64,000 bases of DNA from Dehalococcoidia bacterium (GCA_965207225.1 CBDBLV010000003.1:154546-218545), one strand, 5' to 3'; shown: positions 26,068-35,511, counted from the stretch's first letter. The notes: generated by a model from the sequence alone, not told the origin. A program made the numbers and translations.

Positions 26068-26996
26068 TGAGCAAACTGCAGTTCGGACCCCTCTTTTTCC
26101 CCACCGAAGAAGGCCCCGAGGCCCTGGAACTCGCCAAAATGGCCGACGATCTCGGCTACGACTACTTCTGGGTGCCTGACTACGTGACCCTCCCTTATTT
26201 GGACGCCTTCGTGCTCCTGGCTGCCGCGGCCCGGGAGACCAAGAATGTGAGACTTGGGACAGCGGTGACCCTGGCCCCGTTCCGGTCGCCCTTCCAGATG
26301 TTCAAGGATGCGGCCTCGGTTGACGTGCTTTCGGACGGGAGGCTGACGCTGGGCGTGGGTATCGGCGCAGTGGCCCGAGACTTTGAGATCGCCCAGGTCG
26401 ACTTCCGTAAGCGGGGCCGCATCTCTGACGAGTACATCGACATCACCCGACGTCTTCTCGCCGAGGAGCACGTGGACTACGACGGCGAGTTTTACAGCTT
26501 CCGCGACCTGACCATGGGCCCCAGGCCCGTGCAGAAGCCCGTCCCCATCTGGATTGGCGCGAATGGCCAGAACGGCTTTCCCCCGGGCGTGCTGCGCAGG
26601 GCCGGACGGCTGGGCGACGGCTTTTTCCCCACAGAGACTCCGGTCAAGACCTTCACGGAGGCCCAAGCCAGCATCCAGGAGCACGCCGAGGCCGTGGGTC
26701 GGGACCCCGACGCCATCGGCTGGGGACTGCTCACCTGGAGCGCCCTGGCCGACAACCGGGAAGAGGGGGTCAGGACAGCTGAAAGGGAGATCGGGGCCCG
26801 GCTGAACAAGGTACACACGGTGAACCCGGATGCCGGGTACGCCGTCGGGCGGCCGGAGGACATGATCGAGACCATCGAGTCCTTCGCCGAAATTGGCGTG
26901 ACCAACTTTGTCATAGACCCTGGCTGCCACCCCCGCGACATCCGCACCCTTGTCGAGACCTTCGCCAAAGAGGTCATGCCCCATTTCCGCGACTAG
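26067..26996 (+). CDS. LLM-class oxidoreductase, paralogue 8
   Basis: Same subgroup as paralogue 5 (GYDYFWVPDYVTLPYLDAFVLL, GRLTLGVGIG). TAATG overlap at 26065-26069. Confidence 0.85.
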   Translation: MSKLQFGPLFFPTEEGPEALELAKMADDLGYDYFWVPDYVTLPYLDAFVLLAAAARETKNVRLGTAVTLAPFRSPFQMFKDAASVDVLSDGRLTLGVGIGAVARDFEIAQVDFRKRGRISDEYIDITRRLLAEEHVDYDGEFYSFRDLTMGPRPVQKPVPIWIGANGQNGFPPGVLRRAGRLGDGFFPTETPVKTFTEAQASIQEHAEAVGRDPDAIGWGLLTWSALADNREEGVRTAEREIGARLNKVHTVNPDAGYAVGRPEDMIETIESFAEIGVTNFVIDPGCHPRDIRTLVETFAKEVMPHFRD

Positions 26997-27025
26997 GCCG
27001 ATGATTCGAGCCAAAGGAGACTGAC

Positions 27026-27919
27026 ATGGCCCTGAAAATAGGCATCCACGCTGGTCCGCAGGACTGCTCCTACGAAGACCTGAAACGGCTGTGGCACATG
27101 GCCGACTCCTCGGGGTTTTACTGGGTCTCGGTCTGGGACCACTTCTACGAGACCCCGGTTATCGACGGCAAGGGCCCCTGCTTCGAGGCCGTGTCCATCA
27201 TGACCGCCCTGGCTGCAGAGACCAAGAACGTACGGGTAGGGTGCCTGGTATTCTGCGTCGGGACCCGGAACCCGGGCTTGCTGGCTAAAGCTGCAGTCAC
27301 TATCGACCACGTCAGCAACGGGCGGCTGGAGCTGGGCATCGGGTACGGGCCCTGGGGTCCGGAATACGTTGCCTACGGGCTCGACCTACCCACCATGAAG
27401 ACCCAGATGGACATCCTAGAGGAATCTGCGCAGATCACCCGCTCCATGCTCCACAACGGGACAACCAGTTTCCAAGGTAAGCACTTCCAGATCGAGAACG
27501 CCCACGTATACCCCCGACCCGTCCAGGACCCCCCGAGGCTCTGGATAGCGGGCATAGGTGAAAGGCGCATTCTGCCGATGGTCGCTCGCTACGCCGACGG
27601 CTGGAACGCCACATACATCCCCGACGCCGCCTTCAAGTCCAAGAACGAACTCTTGAACAGGCTTTGCGAAGAAGGGGGTCGGGACCCGGCGGAGATCGCC
27701 CGTACCTGCAACGTCGGCTTCTACATGGGCGCCGACCAGAAGGCCGCTGAGCGAAAGCGTCGGGAGTTCGAGGAGAAGTGGGGTAGGGGGGAGGCGGGAC
27801 CCGACGACGCGAAATACGACAAGGACCGGGACTACCTCTCGGAATTCGAACAGGGGATGATCTTCGGCACTGCCCAGAACGCCATAGAGCGGCTCGGCCC
27901 AAATCCACCGCCTAATTGA
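27026..27919 (+). pseudogene. LLM-class oxidoreductase, paralogue 9, 3' end interrupted by an IS insertion (the reading frame now ends inside the IS left end)
   Basis: LLM pattern (GFYWVSVWDHF, GRLELGIGYG). After codon 290 (27893-27895) the frame runs into the IS inverted repeat and stops at 27917-27919. The missing C-terminus is found at 29790-29898. Confidence 0.8.
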
Positions 27920-29785
27920 ATGAGAATACCTCGTTGGAGTCGGCTGCAAAGCTGACTAAGATGGTAAGTGACAATCCCAAACCATCACCAACGAGGTGCA
28001 GTTATTATGCAACATGGAGTCCTACCGTTCCAGTACAGGGCAGAGAACCGCATCGGGGGCATGACGGCGCTATCGGGGTTGGCAGTCTACCTGGAGATGG
28101 CCGAGGCAATCGGCCTTGGCGAGTCGATCAGACGCCACGTGAGGGTCAGAGAGGGAGGCCAGGGTTGGACGGACCGTCAGATGGTCACCTCACTGACGCT
28201 GTTGAACCTGGCGGGCGGCGAAGGGGTGGACGACCTTCGCGTGCTGGAGGCGGACGAGGGCCTTGGCCGGATGTTGGGAAGGGTGGAGACCCACCGGCAG
28301 CGAGCTTCGGAGCGCAGGGCGGTGCGCAACCGGTGGCGGCGTGACCGACACCGCTATGTGCCGTCTCCATCGGCGGTGTTCCGGTATCTGAGCCAGTTCC
28401 ACGACGCATCCCAGGAGGAGGCGAGGCAGCCTCATACGGCGTTCATACCCCAGGCCAACGACGCGCTGGACGGACTTGGGAAGGTCAACGCCGAGATGGT
28501 GGGCTTTGTCCAGGGCCACGTCGGGCATAGGCAGGCGACACTGGATATGGACGCGACGCTGGTCGAGACTCACAAGCAGGAGGCGCTCTACTGCTACAAG
28601 GGATTCAAAGCCTATCAGCCGCTAACGACATACTGGGCCGAGGCGGACCTGGTCGTCCACTCGGAGTTCAGAGACGGCAACGTTCCTGCGGGATTTGAGC
28701 AGCTACGAGTGTTGCGAGACGCGTTGGAGTGCGTACCCGAGGGAGTGGAGCGGGTGATGCTGCGGTCCGACACGGCAGGCTACCAGAACGATCTTCTGGA
28801 GTACTGCGCCGAGGGGAGAGACGAACGGTTCGGAGTGATCGAGTTCGCGATTGGGGTACGCGTCACGGACGAGTTCAAGCATGAGGCGGCGCTGGTGGAA
28901 GAGAGCGAGTGGCGTCAGTTGCCCCGGATGATGGGGGAGTTCGAGGTGGAGACGGGGCAGGAGTGGGCCGAGGTGGGCTTCATGTCCAGTCGATTAGGTC
29001 GCTACAAGGAGGGTCCCGCCTACCGTTTCATAGCCGTCAGAGAACCTCTGAGGCGACCGCCGCTACCGGGCATGGAGAGTGAGTTTGAGCTGTCGGTTCC
29101 GGTCATGCAGATGCCGAACCACGGCTGGTACAAGATCAGCGGGATAGTGACGAACCGGGAGCTTCCGGGAGACGAGGTTGTGCGGTGGTACCGTGAGAGA
29201 TGCGGGAAAGGCGAGGAGGTCCATAGTGTGCTGAAGGAGGACCTGGCGGGCGGGAGACTGCCGTCGGGACAGTTCGGAGCCAACGCAGCGTGGTGGGCGA
29301 TAACGGTGCTGGCGTTCAACCTGAACTCGGCGGTCAAGCAGTTGGCGCTGGGTGATGAGTGGGTGACCAAGCGGCTCAAGGCGGTGCGCTTCGCTCTGAT
29401 CGACCTTGCCGGTCGAGTGGTCTACCATGCCAGGAAGCTGCTGATCCGACTGGCGCGAGGTCATCCATCGTTCCCGCTGCTGGTCGGGGCACACCGGAGA
29501 ATAGCGGCGCTGGCTCACGGCCCTCCCTGAATCTGAGACGGTCCGCGCCACAGCCTATCGGTCAAGCGACGTGGATAACCGTCGTAGGGACGCTGCGTCC
29601 TCCTACGAGGCCAAACGGCTCAAAATCGACGCAAAACATCGTAAAGCAGCACCCCAAGACCCTCATACGTCCACCATCGGCCCCGCCAAACCACTGCTAA
29701 CCCTGTCAGTAGCCAATCGACGCCCCCACCGGCCCAACCGAAAGGTCAGAAAATCAGATTCCTACCTTTAGGCGGTGGATTTGGG
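27898..29785 (+). mobile_element. IS1380-family insertion sequence (1888 bp)
   Basis: Perfect 18-bp terminal inverted repeats: cccaaatccaccgcctaa at 27898-27915 and ttaggcggtggatttggg at 29768-29785. 4-bp direct target duplication TCGG (27894-27897 and 29786-29789). One transposase ORF. Confidence 0.85.
27968..29530 (+). CDS. IS1380-family DDE transposase
   Basis: N-terminal ..MTALSGLAVYLEMAEAIGL..LLNLAGGEGVDDLRVLEADEGL and TLDMDATLVETHKQEALYCYKGFKAYQPL are typical of IS1380/IS4-related transposases. The true start may be MQHGVLPF at 28007. Confidence 0.75.
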   Translation: MTIPNHHQRGAVIMQHGVLPFQYRAENRIGGMTALSGLAVYLEMAEAIGLGESIRRHVRVREGGQGWTDRQMVTSLTLLNLAGGEGVDDLRVLEADEGLGRMLGRVETHRQRASERRAVRNRWRRDRHRYVPSPSAVFRYLSQFHDASQEEARQPHTAFIPQANDALDGLGKVNAEMVGFVQGHVGHRQATLDMDATLVETHKQEALYCYKGFKAYQPLTTYWAEADLVVHSEFRDGNVPAGFEQLRVLRDALECVPEGVERVMLRSDTAGYQNDLLEYCAEGRDERFGVIEFAIGVRVTDEFKHEAALVEESEWRQLPRMMGEFEVETGQEWAEVGFMSSRLGRYKEGPAYRFIAVREPLRRPPLPGMESEFELSVPVMQMPNHGWYKISGIVTNRELPGDEVVRWYRERCGKGEEVHSVLKEDLAGGRLPSGQFGANAAWWAITVLAFNLNSAVKQLALGDEWVTKRLKAVRFALIDLAGRVVYHARKLLIRLARGHPSFPLLVGAHRRIAALAHGPP

Positions 29786-29898
29786 TCGGGAGCCTGCAGG
29801 AGTCGGGGGCGGACCAGGTCAACATCTCCGTCCGCGCCCCCTTCGACTGGGAGGGGCTGCAGGCTTTTACGGAGGAGGTCATTCCGGCGTTCAAATAG
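29786..29898 (+). pseudogene. displaced 3' fragment of LLM paralogue 9
   Basis: Joining 27897 to 29790 restores ..AIERLGSLQESGADQVNISVRAPFDWEGLQAFTEEVIPAFK-stop, a typical LLM C-terminus. The reconstructed gene is 981 nt. Confidence 0.8.
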
Positions 29899-29926
29899 CC
29901 GCACCTACCCATAGGCACGGTCCAAC

Positions 29927-31267
29927 TTACTCCCCCGTCACCCGATCAACAAACTCCTTAGCCAGCCCGAGATACGAGTCCGGGTCCAGCAGGCCGTCTA
30001 TCTCCGCCTCCGATAGGACGCTGGTAACCCTTTCATCCTCCATCAGCAGTTCTTTGAGCCACCGACCTTCCTCGAACGCCTTTTGCGCCGCCTCGTAGAC
30101 CACATCGTGGGCCGTGAACCGGCCCAGGGTTTCTGCCAACCCGATCATCACCGCCTCGGACATTATCAGTCCTCGGCTGTGGTCCAGGTTCCGGCGCATG
30201 GCCTCGGGCTTCACCTGCAGGTTCTCGAATATCCCGATGGACAGGTTGAGTAAGCCCGCGCTCAAGATGCACCCTTCCGATACGAAGTGCCATTCGCTGT
30301 GCCACACTGCCGAGTCCCGCTCGTCCTCATGCTCCAGCCCCTCCAGCGCCGCCCCGGCCAGCGCTCGGATGGTCCGGGCCACGGCGATCACCTGCTCAGA
30401 CCAGGTCGGGTTTCGCTTCTGGGGCATCGTGCTGCTCCCGACCTGCCCCGCCCCGAACTTCTCCTCAAGCTCGCCCATTTCAGTCCGCTGCATCAGCACT
30501 ACTTCGTGGGTCATCTTGGCCAGACTGCCCGCAATCATCGAAAGCACCGTGATGAACTCAACAAGGTTGTCCCGGGCCGAGTGCCACGTAATGACCGGGT
30601 TCCCGAGCCCCAGGTCCTCCATCAGGGCGTCCCGCACCTCCGAGGCCCTGTCACCCAACGACGAGAGCGTTCCAGCTCCTCCGCTGAACTGCCCTACCAA
30701 AAGCCTGGGCTCGCACTGCTCCATCCGCTCGATGTGTCGGCCCATCTCCGCCGCCCACACCGCCACCTTGTAACCGAAGGTGATCGGCAATGCCTGCTGC
30801 CCATGCGTCCTACCCGCCATCAGAGTCCCCCGGTGCTCCTTTGCCAGGTCGATGAGCGTCTGGTGCACTCGCCGCAGGTCCCGGGTCAGGATCGACAGGG
30901 CCTGCCTCAGCTGCAGCACCATCCCCGTGTCCATGATGTCCTGCGTCGTCGCGCCCCAGTGGATGTACTCCCCCGAGTCCCCCGGACAGTGCCGTTCCAG
31001 CTCCTCGATGACCGGTACGATCGGGTGCCGGGTCACGTCCATGTCCCGCTTGATCGCTTCGATGCTCATTTCGTCGGCGTTGCAGTGGACGACTATGGCA
31101 TCGGCGGCTTCCTGTGGGACTACGCCCAGGCGACCTTCGACTCGGGCCAGGGCTGCTTCCACATCGAGCCAGCTCTGCAGCTGGTTCCGCTCCTCGAAAA
31201 CGGCCCGCATCTCGTCGGTGCCGAACAGGTCCTTGAAAAACGCCGAGTCCAGGGGTGTCGATCCCAT
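29927..31267 (-). CDS. fumarate-lyase superfamily enzyme (adenylosuccinate lyase / 3-carboxy-cis,cis-muconate cycloisomerase-like)
   Basis: Start at MGSTPLDSAFF (ATG 31267). Contains the superfamily signature GSSTMPQKRNP. Confidence 0.85.
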   Translation of the reverse strand: MGSTPLDSAFFKDLFGTDEMRAVFEERNQLQSWLDVEAALARVEGRLGVVPQEAADAIVVHCNADEMSIEAIKRDMDVTRHPIVPVIEELERHCPGDSGEYIHWGATTQDIMDTGMVLQLRQALSILTRDLRRVHQTLIDLAKEHRGTLMAGRTHGQQALPITFGYKVAVWAAEMGRHIERMEQCEPRLLVGQFSGGAGTLSSLGDRASEVRDALMEDLGLGNPVITWHSARDNLVEFITVLSMIAGSLAKMTHEVVLMQRTEMGELEEKFGAGQVGSSTMPQKRNPTWSEQVIAVARTIRALAGAALEGLEHEDERDSAVWHSEWHFVSEGCILSAGLLNLSIGIFENLQVKPEAMRRNLDHSRGLIMSEAVMIGLAETLGRFTAHDVVYEAAQKAFEEGRWLKELLMEDERVTSVLSEAEIDGLLDPDSYLGLAKEFVDRVTGE

Positions 31268-31444
31268 GTGTGATGTTCCTTTCGGGAGTTGAAGATACTC
31301 GCGACAAACAAGCCTAATGCTCGCTGTCGGGTATGGCAACAAATCATAATTCTTTTCCATTTGCCTAAACGCCAAGTGATCAACCCTGCATTCTAGTCAT
31401 GTATAATGATGTATCCCAAATGGGGACCTAATGCATAGGGGTGT

Positions 31445-31711
31445 GTGATGGCGAAGACTGCAATGGTTCGTGCGCGGGTAGAGCCGGAATTGAAGCGCCA
31501 GGCCGAAGAACTATTTTCGGAGCTTGGACTATCAGCAACGGAGGCAATTACGCTCTTCTACAAGCAGGTCGCAATACATCGCGGCTTACCTTTCTCTGTG
31601 CGAATTCCCAATAAAAAGACCATGGAGGCCATGAGACAAGCTGAGAATCGAGAAGACCTCCTCGAATATTCCAGTATCGAAGACTTCAGGGAAGACCTCG
31701 AGCGCGCATAA
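31445..31711 (+). CDS. dinJ: type II antitoxin, RelB/DinJ family
   Basis: VRARVEPELKRQAEELFSELGLSATEAITLFYKQVAIHRGLPF is a DinJ-type RHH antitoxin. The toxin gene is directly adjacent. Confidence 0.85.
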   Translation: MMAKTAMVRARVEPELKRQAEELFSELGLSATEAITLFYKQVAIHRGLPFSVRIPNKKTMEAMRQAENREDLLEYSSIEDFREDLERA

Positions 31712-31978
31712 ATGCGGCTCCGCACAACCAGGCAGTTTAGGAGAGATGCAGGTAGGGCGAAGAGACGTGGCAAGTCACTCGACAAACTCTGCGCAGTAGT
31801 AGAACTGTTATTGTCGGGCGAGCCCCTCCCTGAAAGATACCGACCTCACCGCTTGTCAGGTCAGTGGTCTCACTATTGGGAATGCCACATCGAACCCGAT
31901 TGGCTTCTGGTTTGGAGCCGAGAGAATGGTGACTTGATCCTGATACGCACCGGTACGCACTCAGACCTTTTCAATTGA
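31712..31978 (+). CDS. yafQ: type II toxin, YafQ family (RelE/ParE superfamily mRNA interferase)
   Basis: RQFRRDAGRAKRRGKSLDKL..HRLSGQWSHYWECHIEPDWLLVW..LILIRTGTHSDLF matches the YafQ pattern. Confidence 0.85.
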   Translation: MRLRTTRQFRRDAGRAKRRGKSLDKLCAVVELLLSGEPLPERYRPHRLSGQWSHYWECHIEPDWLLVWSRENGDLILIRTGTHSDLFN

Positions 31979-32040
31979 CCAGTTCCTATACCCACCCCGC
32001 GCTATAATGTCCCCACCCCACCCCGAGGAGGAACCCCGAC

Positions 32041-32442
32041 ATGGAGAAGGAAGTAGTCAATTCACCGAAGATAGGCAAGGCTTTTTCGAGCACCACCTGT
32101 CACGCTACCAAGGCCGGCGGATTCCTGTTCATAACGGGACAGGTCGCCAACCCGCCGGATGTCGGCGGCGACCCCCACTCCACCCCCGAGATGGGCACCA
32201 TAGAGCAGCAGGCCACCCAGGTCATGGAGAACCTCAAGGCCATACTTGAGGAGGCCGGCACTAACTTCGACAACGTGATCAAGCGCAACGTCTACCTCAC
32301 CCACATCAACGATTTCGACCCCGTCTACAAGGTCATGGAGAACTATCTCTCCTCGCCGATGGCCAGCACGGGCGTCCTCGCAGGGCTGATTCCCCCCAGC
32401 GCCCGACTCGAAATCGAGCTCATCGCCGTCATCCCAGACTAA
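32041..32442 (+). CDS. RidA/YjgF/TdcF family reactive-intermediate deaminase
   Basis: 133 aa. GFLFITGQVA, NVIKRNVYLT and a RLEIELIAV C-terminus. Confidence 0.85.
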   Translation: MEKEVVNSPKIGKAFSSTTCHATKAGGFLFITGQVANPPDVGGDPHSTPEMGTIEQQATQVMENLKAILEEAGTNFDNVIKRNVYLTHINDFDPVYKVMENYLSSPMASTGVLAGLIPPSARLEIELIAVIPD

Positions 32443-32470
32443 TCCCGCCCAACATTAGGAGAATCTCCCC

Positions 32471-32896
32471 ATGTTCATCCGCCTCCACCACGTCGGACTC
32501 CTGGTCAAGGACCTCAACGAGACCAGGCGCCTCTACTGCGACCACTACGGCCTTAGACCGGGCCGGGAGTTCGATCTGGTTGAAGAAGACGTTCGCATTC
32601 TCAACATACCTATCGGTGACAGCATGATTGAGGTCAACCAGGTAATCAATCACGACAGCGGCGTGGGACGCTACCTGGAGAAGAACGGCGACGGCTTGCA
32701 CCACATCTGCCTGGAGTCCGACAACCTGGACGCCGACTTGGCGATGCTCAAGCCACTGGGCTACGACCTCATCAAGCCTATAGGGTCAAACGACTACGGC
32801 TTTCGGGTCGGGTGGATACACCCGAAGCAGGCGCAGGGCGTCCTGATCGAGCTCTGGGAGAATCCCAAGGGCAAGCCCGACATCTCCCGCTCCTAG
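32471..32896 (+). CDS. VOC-family protein (glyoxalase/methylmalonyl-CoA epimerase-like)
   Basis: LHHVGLLVKDL, GDGLHHICLESDNLD and GVLIELWE are paired beta-alpha-beta-beta-beta module hallmarks. Confidence 0.8.
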   Translation: MFIRLHHVGLLVKDLNETRRLYCDHYGLRPGREFDLVEEDVRILNIPIGDSMIEVNQVINHDSGVGRYLEKNGDGLHHICLESDNLDADLAMLKPLGYDLIKPIGSNDYGFRVGWIHPKQAQGVLIELWENPKGKPDISRS

Positions 32897-32958
32897 CCTT
32901 CTTCCTGTCCTACCCAGCCCCCGTCTTTCCCATGAAATCGGGAGTCCGGAGAGAGCCC

Positions 32959-34194
32959 CTAGTCCTGGGGACGTCGGTCCCATTCGGAGGAGAGGAAGAG
33001 GGCGCCGACGCTGAGGGTCAGACCAGCCATGCCTACTATGGTGAGGGCGAGGCGTCGGTCATCAGTGAGTTCGTGGAGGACGCCTGCCACTACGGGGCCG
33101 CCCATGGCACCGATCATCAAGGCCGACCTCAGAAATCCCATGGCCACGGCGATTTCCCGGGTGCGTATGCCTTTCAGCTGGAAGGGTATGGTGAAAATCA
33201 CGGGGAAAAAGGTGAAGCTCAGGCCATGGAGCAGGGAGATGATCACCAGCAGGGGGAAAGAGCCGGAATAGAGCAGGGCAATTGTCGTCACGGATATCAA
33301 GATTCCGCCCATGCGCAGGGCCGTCCTGCGCCTTCCGGTCTTGTTGATCAGAAGGTTGATTCCCAGGCCCGACGGCCCGGCAACCATCCCGCCGATCGCC
33401 CAGATTAGGGCGGAGGTCTGTATGTCGATGCCATAGGTGTCCTTCATGTGGCTGGGCCAGAAGGTGAGGTAGGAAGCGAATGTCATCTCCACACCCACTA
33501 ACCCGAAGGCCAGGAGCCACAGCTCCTTGTAGCGCAAGGTCCTCCTGATGGATACCGGCTCCTTGATTTCGCTTTCGGTCTCTGCGTCGGGTAGGGGGCG
33601 CTCTCTCCCGACCAGCACCCAGACTACGGCAATTGCGATAGTGACGAAGCCAAGCACTTGCATAGTCCTGCGCCAATCTCCGTCCAGGGCCTTCAGGATT
33701 ACCGGCACCAGCATGAAGAATGCCGCCCCGATGCCCCAGAGAAGCTCAATGGACGCGTTGGCAATCAGGATCTGTCGGGGCTTGATCCACATCCTGAGGA
33801 GGAGGGTGCGGGCGGGCTCCCTGATGGTTATGGACAGCCCGTATAGCGCCCTGGCGAGGAGCAGGAAGCCGTAGACCGGGGCCCAGGCCTGCATGAAGAT
33901 GACCAGTATGGCGCCGACAATGGAGGCCAGCGTGACCCACTTAGGAGAAAAGCGGGAAAGCCACAGGCCAAAGGGTATGGACAGCAGCAGGATGGTGAAT
34001 TGCGGCGCAGCCCCGAGAAGCCCTTCAAGTATGGGGGTTAGGCTGAGTTCCTCGCGCATGCTGGGCAGGAAGAGCCCGAGGGTCTCCATGACCAGGTATC
34101 CCCACATGTGGATGGCCATCCAGGTGAGGATGACGACCCAACCGTAGGTGGGGCTGCTGCCGGTGTTGGATGCTTGCTGGACTGCCTGCGCCAT
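32959..34194 (-). CDS. MFS transporter (tandem paralogue 1)
   Basis: 411 aa, about 12 predicted TM segments. About three-quarters identical by eye to 34279-35511 over the N-terminal half. Confidence 0.85.
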   Translation of the reverse strand: MAQAVQQASNTGSSPTYGWVVILTWMAIHMWGYLVMETLGLFLPSMREELSLTPILEGLLGAAPQFTILLLSIPFGLWLSRFSPKWVTLASIVGAILVIFMQAWAPVYGFLLLARALYGLSITIREPARTLLLRMWIKPRQILIANASIELLWGIGAAFFMLVPVILKALDGDWRRTMQVLGFVTIAIAVVWVLVGRERPLPDAETESEIKEPVSIRRTLRYKELWLLAFGLVGVEMTFASYLTFWPSHMKDTYGIDIQTSALIWAIGGMVAGPSGLGINLLINKTGRRRTALRMGGILISVTTIALLYSGSFPLLVIISLLHGLSFTFFPVIFTIPFQLKGIRTREIAVAMGFLRSALMIGAMGGPVVAGVLHELTDDRRLALTIVGMAGLTLSVGALFLSSEWDRRPQD

Positions 34195-34278
34195 AATGCG
34201 GGCAATCCTATCACCAAAAGGGACGGAGGCAACGTCCTGGAGGTATGGGAAACGAATCGATGGAGGATCGAGGACAGC

Positions 34279-35511
34279 CTAGTCGGCGTTGCGGTCCCAC
34301 TCGGCCGACAGGAACAGGGCGCCGAGGGTCAACAGGACGCCCGCCAGCCCGGTTATGGTGAGGGCGAGCCTCTGGTCTCCCGATGCCTCGTGGAGCAGCC
34401 CCGCCACCACGGGCCCCGACACCGAACCCACCATCATTGCCGCATTGAGAAAACCTGCTGCGGTGGCGATCTCCCGGGTGCGAATACCCTTCAGCTGGAA
34501 GGGTATGGTCATCACCACGGGGAAGAAGGTGACACTCAGGCCGTTCAACAGCGAAAGGACTACCAGCACGGGAAAGGACCCGGAGTAGAGCAGGGCAACG
34601 GTGGTGGCCGAGACGAATATCCCGCCCACCCGCAGCGCTGTCCTTCGCTTGCCGGTCCTGTTCACCAGCAGGCTGATGCCGAGCGCGGCGGGTCCGGCAA
34701 CCATCCCCGCAATGGCCCACAGCAGGGCGGTAGTCTTAATCGGGATGTCGTACCTGTCGAGCATGAGGCTGGGCCAGAAGGTGCCAAAGGATGAAAATGT
34801 AAGCTCGATCCCCAGGACCCCCAAGGCCAGTAGCCAGAGTTCGGGATAACGCAGGGCGCTCCGAACGGAAACTGGACCCCTGGCCTCGGCCTCCTTGTCG
34901 GCGGGGGGCATCGGCCTCTCCCTGCCGACCAGCAGCCAGAGGAGCGCAAAACCGATGGTTGCGTACCCGAAGACCTGCATCGTCCTTCGCCAGTCACCGT
35001 CCAGGGCCTCCAGGACGAGGGGAACAACGATGAAGAAAGCCGAGCCCACGCCCCATAGCAACTCGACGGAGGCGTTGGCAATGAGTATCCGTCGGGGAGA
35101 TATCCACATCCTGATTAGCAGGGTCTGGGCCGGCTCCCGAGCGACTATGGTCAGGCCATACAGGAATCGGGCAACCAGCACGAGTGCGTAAACGGGCGCC
35201 CACGCCTGGAAGAAGATCACGGCTATGGCGCCGACTATCGAAGCGAGGGTGAGGAGCCTGGGAGAGAAGCGGGACAGGTAGAGGCCGAAGGGGACCGACA
35301 GGACGAGGATTGTGAGCTGGGGCGCCGCTCCGAGGAGCCCTTCGCGCACGGGGGTGAGGGCCAGCTCGCCCCTCATGCTGGGAAGGAACAGTCCCAGGGT
35401 CTCCATGACCAGGAACCCCCACATGTGGACCAGCATCCAGGTGAGGATGACGACCCAACCGTAGGCGGGGCTACTTCCTATTCGGGAAACTCCACCGAGC
35501 GCACGTAACAT
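34279..35511 (-). CDS. MFS transporter (tandem paralogue 2)
   Basis: 410 aa, collinear with 32959-34194 (GSSP.YGWVVILTWM..HMWG.LVMETLGLFLPSMR). Confidence 0.85.
   Translation of the reverse strand: MLRALGGVSRIGSSPAYGWVVILTWMLVHMWGFLVMETLGLFLPSMRGELALTPVREGLLGAAPQLTILVLSVPFGLYLSRFSPRLLTLASIVGAIAVIFFQAWAPVYALVLVARFLYGLTIVAREPAQTLLIRMWISPRRILIANASVELLWGVGSAFFIVVPLVLEALDGDWRRTMQVFGYATIGFALLWLLVGRERPMPPADKEAEARGPVSVRSALRYPELWLLALGVLGIELTFSSFGTFWPSLMLDRYDIPIKTTALLWAIAGMVAGPAALGISLLVNRTGKRRTALRVGGIFVSATTVALLYSGSFPVLVVLSLLNGLSVTFFPVVMTIPFQLKGIRTREIATAAGFLNAAMMVGSVSGPVVAGLLHEASGDQRLALTITGLAGVLLTLGALFLSAEWDRNAD

Noticed and set aside
25902-27014. 370-aa minus-strand ORF
   Set aside because: Antisense to LLM paralogues 7 and 8. 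No recognisable domain, with typical high-GC shadow composition.
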